A stretch of DNA of 64,000 bases from Clostridia bacterium (lineage in GTDB: Bacteria > Bacillota > Clostridia > Christensenellales > DTU072): assembly GCA_017533505.1 (NCBI GenBank), contig JAFXIB010000109.1, positions 3,752 to 67,751 on the forward strand, written 5' to 3'. Shown one piece after another: positions 57,801 to 59,712 of the stretch. Both the position numbers and the translations under genes were made by a program. Numbering within the stretch: position 1 is the stretch's first letter; every line of letters begins with the position of its first letter. The notes beneath the pieces were generated by a model. It saw nothing but the letters and a program-made list of their open reading frames with translations. It had not been told where the DNA came from and did not search any database.

Positions 57801-59277
57801 ACAATCTCATAAGTGGTGAGTCGTTGAAGCTAATGGTAATTTCGGCTTGTGTCTTTGCGCCATCAAAGAAGTCAAGAGCAAGCTTTACATCAAGACCAAG
57901 TTCATAACGAGCTGCGTATGGAAGGCTGATGGGCATATCGCCAAGTGCGCCAAGGTTGAGGTCAAAAGCTTCACCCAGTACACGATTGATGGTTAGACCA
58001 CCATTTTCGTCATTTTCAAAGTATAGAGTTGCGCCCAAGCCAAGGTTGCCGATGCCACCTTCTGAATAAGTATCCTTTCTGCCTTGTTCGTTGAGTCCAA
58101 GTCCACCAAAGTTGATTTGGATCTTCTTGTTTGAGCCATATAGCAATGGGGTAAGACCGATGTTAACTTCGTATTCTTCAATGCGTTCGCCCTCTGCCAT
58201 GTCAGATGGATATGTATCAGCATATGTTTCACGAGTCTTTTCTACATCGTTTGCAGTTTTGATATCAATGCCAATGCCCTTCATAACATAGCCTTCTTCA
58301 TTTACAATAAGGCCGTCGCTATCGGTCTTTGTGAGTGTTTCAAGCTCTGTTCTTGCGCTCAAACGAGCATCCATCTTGGGCCAATCCTTTGCGCCAATAC
58401 GCTCAAGGTTAAAGCCAAGGAATTGTAGTAATACTGGGTCAAGGTTTAGACCAACAAGGTCCCAAATGCCAGCAAAGCTTATGGTGATAACGCCAGGAAT
58501 GGAAATACCACTACCTGAAAGCATGTCAATCAAAGTGTTAAGCTTGAGGCTGTATTCTAAATCTCTGTTTTCAAAGACTTCGTCTTCGCGTTGATTGTAA
58601 CTTGTTACATAACCATTGCTGTTGAACAATAGGGTTCCCACAAGACCCATAATGCCCAAATCGTCAAGAGCAGCTATACCTGTTTTACCACCTGCCATGA
58701 TAGCCGCAAACAATTGGTTAACATCAATACCGGCACTTTGTAGTACACCAAAGAGCGCTCCACCCACCTCTGTGAAGTTCAGCTCAGGCATATAATATTT
58801 TTGTGTGCCTACGCAAACATAAGTGTATCCACTTGCATAGTAGACTGCCATAACAGCCAAGTTATTGGCATTTCTAACTTGCATGAACAACTCACTTTTG
58901 TTGTTGTCCTTGAGGTGCAAGTTGCCCTTCATTTCGATAGTGAAAGCAGAAGACTTGTTATACTTCTCCTCGCTATCAAGCCAGAAGTGCTCAAATGCAT
59001 ATGTAAGTGTAAGGTCGATGATGAACCATTCTGGATCCTCTGGAGCTTCGTAGAAAGTCTTGTAGTTTGACAAAGCTTCGGTGGTCTCTTTCTTGAGGTC
59101 ATCGGTCTTGGTCCTTACGGATTGGACAACCTTGTCGGCAACTTGGTTTTCGTCACCAGGCAAGATTTGATCATCGGGGAGAGTTTCATCTCCACGAGGG
59201 GAACAAGCAAAAAGTGCAACTACCAATGCAACTACGATAAGTAGCAACATCAGTTTGTGGGCTAAATTGCGGTTCAT
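30829..59277 (-). CDS. Giant 9,482-aa predicted surface lipoprotein: ~14 tandem novel modules, glycine-zipper segments, CarboxypepD_reg-like domains, C-terminal Big_4-like Ig array
   Basis: 28,449 nt with no stop codon in an AT-rich genome. AAAGGAG RBS 8 nt before the ATG and a near-consensus promoter at 59373-59401. The signal peptide ends in LFAC. The internal architecture is described in the findings. I recognised no LPXTG, SLH, dockerin, RTX, Rhs/YD or enzymatic motifs. Confidence 0.9.
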   Translation of the reverse strand: MNRNLAHKLMLLLIVVALVVALFACSPRGDETLPDDQILPGDENQVADKVVQSVRTKTDDLKKETTEALSNYKTFYEAPEDPEWFIIDLTLTYAFEHFWLDSEEKYNKSSAFTIEMKGNLHLKDNNKSELFMQVRNANNLAVMAVYYASGYTYVCVGTQKYYMPELNFTEVGGALFGVLQSAGIDVNQLFAAIMAGGKTGIAALDDLGIMGLVGTLLFNSNGYVTSYNQREDEVFENRDLEYSLKLNTLIDMLSGSGISIPGVITISFAGIWDLVGLNLDPVLLQFLGFNLERIGAKDWPKMDARLSARTELETLTKTDSDGLIVNEEGYVMKGIGIDIKTANDVEKTRETYADTYPSDMAEGERIEEYEVNIGLTPLLYGSNKKIQINFGGLGLNEQGRKDTYSEGGIGNLGLGATLYFENDENGGLTINRVLGEAFDLNLGALGDMPISLPYAARYELGLDVKLALDFFDGAKTQAEITISFNDSPLMRLFLTGMNLYINFEDLETYSGQLLPNVVLQGFDINNLLGGVLGGILPYLDPNYVKPAVPEEQASNALFGGLFNEGEEGGEPAPSIDVMAIIKVVLNNLELPGIEEYLYNEDGTVKTDAYGKPIPNDWNIALDLNSEDLSQIVGMITPLKGNLGEELNVRLSFNQKNVLDTLGLVIDVSDTFRLGLAVDYLTYMREPDWENYSMVDTAEERAKYTNLSIYKTDNGDFIAANRNYNVILQGDVTLGASETTDKGLDLSGLIGTFVDNLLLSIGVEYDGSTTIAYTIQGNIDLLDMAQTELKVTIFNRANNDPFIRVIYSGIEDTLYIDLEPLKNMGFASLGKLPRLKYEGLGLRDTLAGLDIASIIAGLLTSEDSGAQNALTIDTSDPNFLNQAKLGLYQYLVVNEYLASGILIGGEEVGAMLFNALNDGEPTGDTTEGETPEGEGGGLDIMQIVGMALSEVEIDRIKGTLTVYVAANVLSSLLTMLLAPVDEFGNPETITMPNVNAFVQIKAINFDFGKDENGNSTIFPENGYLRIYLSLLDDGDQTIEAISLEIDILKDIALRAGKENLYKDIEEDDYIQSFVSIPEFLDSLTVGLRLEGHFDFTVDETPVYEVDDEGNYVVDGEGNKIPVLDKDGNQVMQGVQEYTNAYLNEMLSGLIEGLGLVIDTSRLNIELGFEIIAKLSLGGIIKLDGSEAADPIPTILGGSELAIRLFDRKVPGDAGHILGIYLLDGNLYLDLSFFGIPNIGINDVASLIDDIGTLTGSAEADKDEAPANLLHLNRVAEFADASNPAAVALQVILDYDKVAINLTKDAIAGLLGLFLSSELPIEIQETSLELGLGDKGAYLEIETGIEIFNLSLGLSQFKIALDGEELSGAEFLVSLPENEEFFLSDSGLPTNVYLELGGYANINSQVVEGSDRNTIDLSPALSGLLGDVELSMLIEFLGLVDESLFFDINANLNLQEVIGIINNGFDFANLQQTGAAIILSTYASSDPSDEDYYDENGNRARRPVMEIYYIEGDVYAHIETFIANLEYIHIPQANELIAGLLGAIASNEGVEIGYANNEGAEVNPVEVDTIKYYINLALADYGLSVTIAKSFVVGVLNMLGLNIEEYLKSLDLGVEVGINASPLEIFLALKLRDIGMDGEDEEGTATPNDKNFVTLSASINKLVILMDKMVELDEEEKAKYDEIESLDTIGVSLGGVAKFEITSPEGVVDPETGATGNLTVLTHILEELKKILGENAEKEMLQWIRETSLKPEYAGYSDDELKAIYHEEVRTNVDYQALLNFALIVEVVGNVANGTATFGGSLYYDIEVILDISNIANLKASVFFSTSPKLENRGDIMWVSLMGVEDPVTGEIDLNVFADLTKVFGDVLEINDIIRINNFNAFTEYMENFAEVMTNKTETIDPVALNSTNNGLVLPRNADGKVAPSIMTATSIILAITADPDTFGIPNGAPVAIVAPAAAIYSLANSLLSTDQEFQIEIDESKISTYVNTGVYSAQEYYYAIQGLIETYRSSLSAQYNEGQGNLSIEDYNAIDTVWVNLIDSLSMDMSIEDMHALFTAFLAQYKEMIGEKHAQFFPNISQEALNTLNANLVPVETLYTSISALDGVYAEDQYNNLKKGLTAIRKAELDDMLASGEITQANYEYLYYGLLHSMETGLPIDISKYGAIDLSKFFGIHEPSLLIELGAAKIPDEKAESGYRSAFLLANISLAELLEVQLEIGSINVSVSPDDTYYTGTIDEYGTMQGGLLNPNNHYYWFNPAEMAEQNINISFSGKTKLRAEDTTPETAIDFKELLEAFFTEVDFGAIIENSGLEDKELLLELSLNINMHDLMKVVATGDINWLLVRAELMLRIGVEVEREYIDVEQSALKGETVTYTETIIDYISLYYADGTAYIDGRMLGIQRIKVEMFLDHIFRLIGQDGLKDYFDKEEEDDDEIYEGDTSVQNASTSELRASGKMSDEEYLAKYAIDSKFDSEELLPYVRLVFGNGTGFIIDVMGSVLFAILGGLDLGIDGVDDLGSLVAAIVNDHFALQLGLIANLAYMNDFWTNDPDENGVVTEDENALLGLTLELANYTVGFALMGLDVDFKDSSEENPSLAPVAFDDEAYSEATDLSEVYVELYVDFDIDGDNNAKFNLDETVAGALGMLGSGGIMDTIGGLGLAPIIQLLSTVSTHYRLEIIGNINFDEILELNTLYKTNFAITLRDRNKVINYDGEEKFKEVLSVYYVDTAIYINAECFNLQAVKIDNAWNFLTQEILPAFGVPHTPNDKNPDGGKPVNAQNLGFAGYESVNGFDPYSLFNLPAGATAIPGYINILFSPEGFIISLTTTALFGVLRAIGGEAMDFSSFVEPIGELEIELGLAGPETLLALDITFQGYEFSGDERVDLSTDPNVHEYKKGGKIGIGLSISNTFVAALSYQWMEDIYYSDGRIESHYVDHNIEAPRYAYLDGETLDEEGNVVTEYIAQEYVEFDQSDPVIGLELNLYLDLGSEALSGDGIKGVLTDKIYSGYDLNKEPITSLLASLLGSMLDTTLSLLLEVVGEHQMSVEVEILVNFPLLNYRGVEAQITIRRIDGNHNYKLVQVNLHNSFLYVDLTYLNGPKFSVADVLETLLGEKDFDLMGDGEKKEETEGTEGEGTVEGGVQNASGVQNATGSGVSTPIYIDLATQMVIRSVATHGLALYVTETAVNSILGMFEFANLKVFSDVLLQISIAPKANTFNLGIDLELSATSTVDDISDTAKVLDLGIAIGDHRVNFERYPSDQLLLPQTANYLPAHNVNTIEVEAGFEIRLKVNDGVVDLGNLYKTILDENGPLGEMAANTAFETLFSKDSPLATALPNLIMLGFLNDDENGFGDVIRIDIEAKVFIKGGLQGLLDNLQLKVAIYSLKDQERFKIVITYYNGDLYLDLSTLGLGKIEIWELGGMINFLINGGKTEEESPEGEVTNPDEGAQNAVTPETEQLFAKTYPTWGQVLGLNNESDEEQLVGIVKILLSQDDGLLLTVTFEMINVVLGLVGLNIPLEDYLKGVIEPSAGVGMTPNSEYHVDINLDTGKDYRDVWEYNEATGEYEIVPEKQEDNSNAGIKLGIAILGEQIAADIKNETKIHTPHGIQSTLEPVISQEEISSYTKYDEMAFQIGTNISIQLDFEDGDVSLVDLLDLVFGMLNIKLPEDLDTSIVLAGGDETLFMEINLKAGLDLKRMLSTDPEVFNSALILDLVIRYTIIDNTTGEIYDTQKLLQVYMVDNVAYLGVELFDTNLDIKLDEFDITGLIRDVMTGIFDMEDEDQGIGGGSTGGNESNVQNAPSTVPDGPARNPIIDMYEESDYAIGNFLKPIIYLNSEGFGLMITKELLVGVADALVDILTGLLGSANSDVEVTEDTINGIASLVLDHASLGLFFEEGTGGVSLQINITKNSTEIETEDGNKYMSAGYAATLSLLHDSVALINTDSFNEYLDFMRNDEEQVKFYEGCFSTSDVEWRVNLGIDITVGADIREYILNWSSLFQNEADENGNVVGAAFYIQALNDIIGDATLRIKADVKLTALDKWGIDAVIQLVKLKEDGTYAEGESDVLEEYFALYVVGSLNQSESDYNENGLGLYLNMAGFEELGITGITLNSAVFEQFLNLNLKAVLDSLGGTLGNATSGIVKTLDDLIESLYGMLADEDITGDNSGANAGENAPQNGVQNAAEEDDENIYDYEEEEKEEETMWYIGLLDSIQFTKGAISIVVAQTAIQTILDQLFGFPFDEKIGNLAVVLDNTGNSLSLNLGLDYQEPIDASETEIADISTTIASSESVDVLMNTMGGVAAFLNGVEATFEANSYSVYASRGYLGTALDSEAYGITSVGAGLNVEYLVYSTEDIFALEKNVDYTAEEINNRANAVKDALVDSLTNRGGYGVAYNDATGVYLLTNDSAHTRVSIKVSEGDVLLAVVVGTADAPALNIAGINISSLGEKLVSVVSEQAALEKIRETYEAGFLIGATIPTDNGDIALRAENTYLRQQVISEDKDFALEDSGTRNVFYFIYDPSIYFAIDPALNPGSDEYLQASKANAQKVVDAISEFLQLKTYVWSENADGVISLYHYGTMLNASLKVAPVVDLGTGMVECYKVLMVVSSSKSMYNVSLSIHNLDIGLGENTNIFEETPLDGMMRDDFQAYFAENFRPLSDYKMEAEVNLEINIDDTVGGLFDMSELLGTIGGLIGGDIASMISQINLALQPIDDIAIAIGLHLRLFIDFGDITPLRLQLEMTYNDKTMILITYVGNYEQDENGIYENSTAYVDLSGLGFPSVKLEGLQLGAVLKNLVGGLAGGDNASTASDTSALNAQNATQEGDNALESVDKIEDQHIDRVYLKDYGWTERLLLLTFGADETSLAITGALVYSLLSNASKNDAIAGIMGGAELLLPMFRNIQVGYSNEDGVYGLCLRLTDDTPYEKAFRIGFNGRQGKFEMWTDENKGSSITAREQVEGSAEDGIVYEDIGIISKVALNLELEARVRTRDTEKAPQLVAMQELLQNLLGMSADTINFDVQNTVLVFSLGLTVFADLADMTNTTLALTINLTGEELIGVYFLGKNNTAYVNLSGLGLFQAALNGVDVLGILNSFLGSFLGDEGINLNEMLSGILTVEDKENAAVNANNALSTASAQDGAISLNDKAQNGIMDLVTSTDAPLLKILLSNEELIINPNMAIVQTLLGDSMVLPNLTDLRLSINLYQGLNNLNLRVKLDQKGNYINLAVHEGNFAIALGSTAELYKLTTIGDESQYGGIEGLTVGMDSAGNLAANISVLTLAQGILDVIQMSDFTIYIEKRNDYFFLRNLGYGMAKGVFFDFGIGFGVSLTTGPTYFSPVVRAFADENGLTPYDHAFVSKGGAFDWVINIGSFSIDVGGLLKAYEPIFFDNAYRRIRLALNKTVTNKVEIPINQLTQVANVQGSLSNEDDWEPQSLTAFIRNNVLHLSLASILVLDISGLINTVAGWLLETIVGAINGIAGTVVGLVWDLAGPYVSTWIADMIGDATGYGSPLRLGAIIDDLLGGGAGGIALVNLYLPEFLPTLVASLKPVAEDTNYGSIYGNVNTFDADANAYVPVEGATVTLDNGRYTTTTDKDGYYSFINIRPNTYPIKITKTGYNDLPRRGETQPYVTILRSNERPSTEANFTLNSYSVTTWKNVHFKVTTEEEYIENNTATRPMVGAKVEIYRNGAWQELGVTPDSGSIQVVIESLEGFNHTIRLTKTNGQVINQTLGLNLNADGTPNSRTAENPYTMHFKTTVYHEPTSGTMSAILITLKDETLLDSGTATEVFTLLAKDQKGGNTYDDGKANQIDSIFNDTFDDALEAQAGRVYSSYEQNGILYHVYDFDSADKVTTGIKNLVENTLKTDTQANYTITENIPNMYYHAVSYDKRAIVEVRGFISQKILEQGITTPVYRVVVAMQKAVTTPVLSGVEIWLELDGRTIRMADDWNGLNQNTVHYKKPDNTGSEQGDWYWANNARNFLAAAQNNNSQSDINVKNVNNLRSNGSFDIPNLALHRNYTLKVRATDYVNFDVGSFTLTETANYYNFGEIFLDPKPVPEWMTKDLSSSALLQGLRLRLGADVSDASSVDKNDQSLEDAGYTQDGIPLTQYSYLTSLGDQTINALISIGKGQASSAITNAISNAIGGIGGSIVSGLAGNVLGSLLGSVTGVDTTSQYLDAMGKPIFVPWTNYVAGFEEGREDTSDSITYIEVWIASDMINGVFDMVHNLLLGYSGYSPISKTQRYNMADLCAVPAGTEEKDIKKLNFIGEYNEDLDIRMFDYVYENQAEYTNTLYTAGGRLVGSLLAGVISSLLGGDLNGIFNIVQMVLYEINFLMDIIDQALRLVSHLLPFSSAYSMIAEQGLAGSPLQQSAIASTIWEADTAYGFLDSEYNEQTGVYEPVVEGTAATIEEVGLDDDITKILIDPTHELNGGRFDHLDTDVKDLINNQGLLQKGDRLVGYNYYNYAQYGYSTLKNVIDGEHDGLVNIDATFDDDGNIKTGYYRDIDFIDKSVYAKVTLNNAVDTLLDRITLFLNGASYSEATLGAVGIKYEQTGTDEDGNPIYSVVETEDGYMPNATVLRADTILYSPETGAPIDDKYLALEEMINDWVDTNIVNSYVIINDYQYTADPVTGAVTKTLIGKTYVRDVYGHFDSEDFLYGDISWMVSENLYDPNFNWAGLATGSALYSEALSGYNFSYVSRYPIIRDAQGNPTGLNYDTVGPFAEALTLMSAKDDRFQEIDINNTGIYMRSVSTMTSEFYNSKANGSTGMREIMMIPPTKIVFHDPYNILDFTAYGGTWASETAGIRHNLNSDGSYVVTDIKDILPNRNYANFEDGNSSESAGVEVYWDFTMLSFAPSKEGTKGFIIGYCAEETYSKDRNGEVQYIQAEVEAGIMVDPDSTLKLEEQGIRNNQQISWVIDEDNTEPVLSLPEIDPLTYNPDEYIKLLPSTLVYTAKLRYMQQGVYQKFNIYGQETDYILKRYVFNDLKWDLSETEVKYDGSTAYASLTYSFKRTYDNWDHIMLGKDSEEVTIQVPIKVKNCVAISTNRISSVMGVNLVYQKGGTMVVAVGRENATIAGFNSQYVSNVAQVVDNITVSDLTAMYGSFPEYMGAMNTLTMYRDNSTDRVYLVYTGVSLDEFESYRDYLVGKGVNSLIENNSANYAVLADNERVYHYSGTTSNFEAQLQENVLTVNPIENSNLYNNIMGIKWIDITVNETDRENNVVLDENGNAKTTTINNWNVVSVDASSIRDLDLEATSHPLYEVYFTVEDAMGNKQVITIYINVLPKKIVEHNLEETIIDRDIAPFEARQNATLLVSFEIGYDMVMAIYPAGVEATIADLDVNAIKANNTEVSSALWPATKVAKFGGIAEYNRTNTGIKAYEATNGTLYIVVSGVSERDFEAYVTILEEARMLNKKHIDNMSAIGAGLDLGTAIYLASGSVNAFNLPNTIDVGYGVDADNIFYRTTLVEGKDFYWRADDQAKLDYNYSDNRNWTYTWTAVVGRDDNVQEIAVDFTVERRSPRSVDQITVYPYSSYYITGTNTEIDDNASVLENEQKVLFSTASGNQTLSTQVYFDIESTDWADEVEGDEVIINGKKYLTNVRFIAPSFEGAWYFADVLLHDDVFGYVTIKHVRIVLSKSTISSLNIPAMEVYLYDADAGIDALLAQDGITASIHQVANNTIGTKAFEIISWSYVDANGFKPSYSYEGEDAPQINIEIGNVGYKEGNHIWSQQVTFTLTEEMLPAKVIESINNTTETGYSVEYKENAVNGEGTNGAYILSIGDPFKFALPTALDVTFADGTVGSVPVSFDFGDDKFDFYKATAGICGTVTLGDKANNQVVLNMNYVNLNPRGDIQVTFYSDESLTQEFNTFTYNAFDVFELPKFAQLTVGGALETNVYNVYWKYIEGYGVNGGEIEALAWIGDDVFGYIQKKVTFTINAEHIVNYTLPNSVRLNPYAVVGIEAELDNLLGLTNGMLDVQTSLGLNKALDVRYPDIPMDYRVTTTNDVDLEVGVTLDFGGVERIVTLDEEGNIIGSTTGALDVREELPVMVIVESRVAVGIKTWYTDANTNITGSIYEPIDFSALGLATIVAIGNGKNNANTLISDATSLAQAIEGATLVEETVWPSAVNGWNKATEYAKANGQIAKVYYNEALDTYYIAYRGSVDVKALTDKIEESGLYTRIKDGTYLVTGDDVMVEVKAFNEGVTVLFESGEEEKYDLTFDTTGLTYNFTGGTYNVKATLGSGATEQIFQFKVYLHSTWLTDISVTSAGLSQNSVVRTNDDGIITGLVVDPFVGFEGLPSKVLAHFNYHSSPVEIDVDWSYERILSQMTMAGGEFNRDNNKAAIATIYIPSEDGRQAAQPIEIPVTVLNRESRAVYVSKYASHEDWQKAVDTLGASVAGAEFTIFTAELALNPYETKYSEDFASDDFFFFRRVMLMVNRIEGEDTSSNIFEHNDKEIIFNLTADSYEIRDTATNRPTNLNNLYTGRSVEAIFNYGSTSASASRDTKFTTSVSLTIHNMTYESGLKEVYELDIYGVDSSLATELDPFVGQGADVMTTTEAGVFNTVSGNTFQSDILYDRVDALTTFDSHGRRSGTVGVEGGTARLYATIGNDLGGYQTVTIPVHYANRKVVSLFTADESRYAYDTDYEGVEVSMHFELDPFAAYGKDYVYPQVGNNVVYADGTVGSFATSGSGVLVEWDDSKVIRTYAGSTTGFVTATVSYKGTFQQSLRYKVIVYDRTATAFTNVLQEGKDEIQPYLYSYVDDVSAAVTEEYFTKGQFTVAFGNLPEGREIATRSITFSLGQLASANSASLADELEFKDEEAALKMNFVLDGARGLGHKGKDARFYITIPGFGLGAKGQQLARFDVPVAESYIHGVRFYDKNSHKDENDPTAYTLDYMEWLKQNDPNSFKADSSGRAPIRWAPTQYGQYYYDTYFVDSPYYYITKGGIPMPTQALVYVGKNMDNKIDMASTDYATYSFMSETNWDNIVNNRTRIKYNVFDHSTAFQLDLDGQTYSFKFNISDEWQLDTAQQQDILFSETYQYGKEEVILMPGNSSVYKKDILTVSTLGNVEIVAGSGIYRNDTYTITFPSGRKYTFEGVAGSGSYSNNYGKWNFDSVQWSAASTVRQYANMTLGGRGGQTVKWGFYVNSNKVLVNNTIPTLYSMRLGESITLESTYKQLFAGSTLGSSRWIPVEYSSGVTSYYSSGGTNSDTYPLGISREGQSYMVSSTMHTPSYHYTDDGSGYSAFITWDATSERAYPKATKSVGGKIVFTVYRDPATEDAPEVKEANGGKGPYDNLKSFGAYLHNPDAMFGYSELRPLLPEEWLYPQDMSALGAVNIVGNSVTMPKDATSYRVVYKNNRMQQTGAPVIRVSVNSMFDLRYLPTIAVTEYRPTIEYNPGGIGGVFTSQTSEGFEYDLMYLIPWQNAKVYWTNQKEDPNRWNPVNGQYGTLVPEGFGAISTESSKRSGRYTLVTDMDFGSGTVLKVFCSIDIV
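40801..40920 (-). other. Glycine-zipper hydrophobic segment 2 of the giant protein
   Basis: Translates to GQASSAITNAISNAIGGIGGSIVSGLAGNVLGSLLGSVTGV, with Gly at every 4th residue over about 25 aa. Confidence 0.6.
42440..42640 (-). other. CarboxypepD_reg-like (Cna-B-like) beta-sandwich domain in the giant protein
   Basis: SIYGNVNTFDADANAYVPVEGATVTLDNGRYTTTTDKDGYYSFINIRPNTYPIKITKTGY fits the G.V.d..g.Pv.gA.V.l......t.Td.dG.Y.f..l..G.Y.l...k.Gy pattern. Confidence 0.6.
42661..42950 (-). other. Glycine/alanine-rich hydrophobic segment 1 of the giant protein
   Basis: Translates to LDISGLINTVAGWLLETIVGAINGIAGTVVGLVWDLAGPYVSTWIADMIGDATGYGSPLRLGAIIDDLLGGGAGGIALVNLYLPEFLPTLVASL. Confidence 0.55.
59203..59277 (-). 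other. Signal peptide with a lipobox-like cleavage site on the giant protein
   Basis: MNRNLAHKLMLLLIVVALVVALFAC-SPRG has a positive n-region, a 15-aa hydrophobic core and L-F-A-C at residues 22-25. Phe at position -2 is atypical, so cleavage by SPase I rather than SPase II is possible. Confidence 0.55.
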
Positions 59278-59335
59278 TGTTGTTTCTCCTTTTTAGGTGG
59301 TGGGAGTATTGCGCCGGTATGCGCGTATTAAATAC

Positions 59336-59360
59336 AAAAAGGCAAGGATTTTTCCCTTGC
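59336..59360 (-). promoter_or_regulatory. Terminator-like hairpin in the 5' leader of the giant gene
   Basis: On the minus strand: GCAAGGG-AAAAA-UCCUUGC followed by CUUUUUG. It starts a few nt after the predicted transcription start and lies ~60 nt before the RBS. Confidence 0.3.
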
Positions 59361-59372
59361 ACTCTTGCCGAT

Positions 59373-59401
59373 ATTCTACTAAAATGGTCAAAAAAAGTCA
59401 A
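59373..59401 (-). promoter_or_regulatory. Near-consensus sigma-A promoter of the giant gene
   Basis: On the minus strand: TTGACT (59401-59396), a 17-nt spacer, then TAGAAT (59378-59373), ~95 nt upstream of the ATG. Confidence 0.55.
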
Positions 59402-59650
59402 CCCCCTATTTATAATATAAATACACGCGTTTTTAATGTTTGTTCACTCGGCGTTCACATTTCTCTCACACGCACACACAATAAGTTGTGGTCAATGGTC
59501 GCAACTACCACAAAATGTGGGATTTGGCTTATGGAAGATTGAGTTTCACGCGTTTAAGTGAAATTTTTGTGAACGTTTTTATTTATTAATATTATTTACT
59601 AAAATTTAACCCGCTCGCCTTCGCAAGCGTTCAAAATCACTACTTTTGCG

Positions 59651-59690
59651 CAAAAGAAAACGGGGTAAGGCCTGTTGCCCCACCCCGTCA
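59651..59690 (-). terminator. Rho-independent terminator after the PIG-L deacetylase gene
   Basis: On the minus strand: ACGGGGT (59688-59682) ... ACCCCGT (59666-59660) followed by TTTCTTTTGCG, 25 nt after the stop at 59713. Confidence 0.7.
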
Positions 59691-59712
59691 AAAACGGATT
59701 GATTAGTGATAA

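Noticed and set aside
30829-59277. Whether the giant ORF is an assembly artefact, a pseudogene, or a known giant class (NRPS/PKS, RTX/MARTX, Rhs/YD toxin, Ebh-like)
   Set aside because: An artefactual or decayed sequence would not stay open for 9,482 codons. The modules are too divergent at the DNA level to be a repeat-collapse or expansion artefact. I found no condensation/adenylation/KS motifs, no GGxGxD nonapeptides, no YD repeats and no FIVAR/GA-type helical repeats. Continuity still deserves long-read confirmation.
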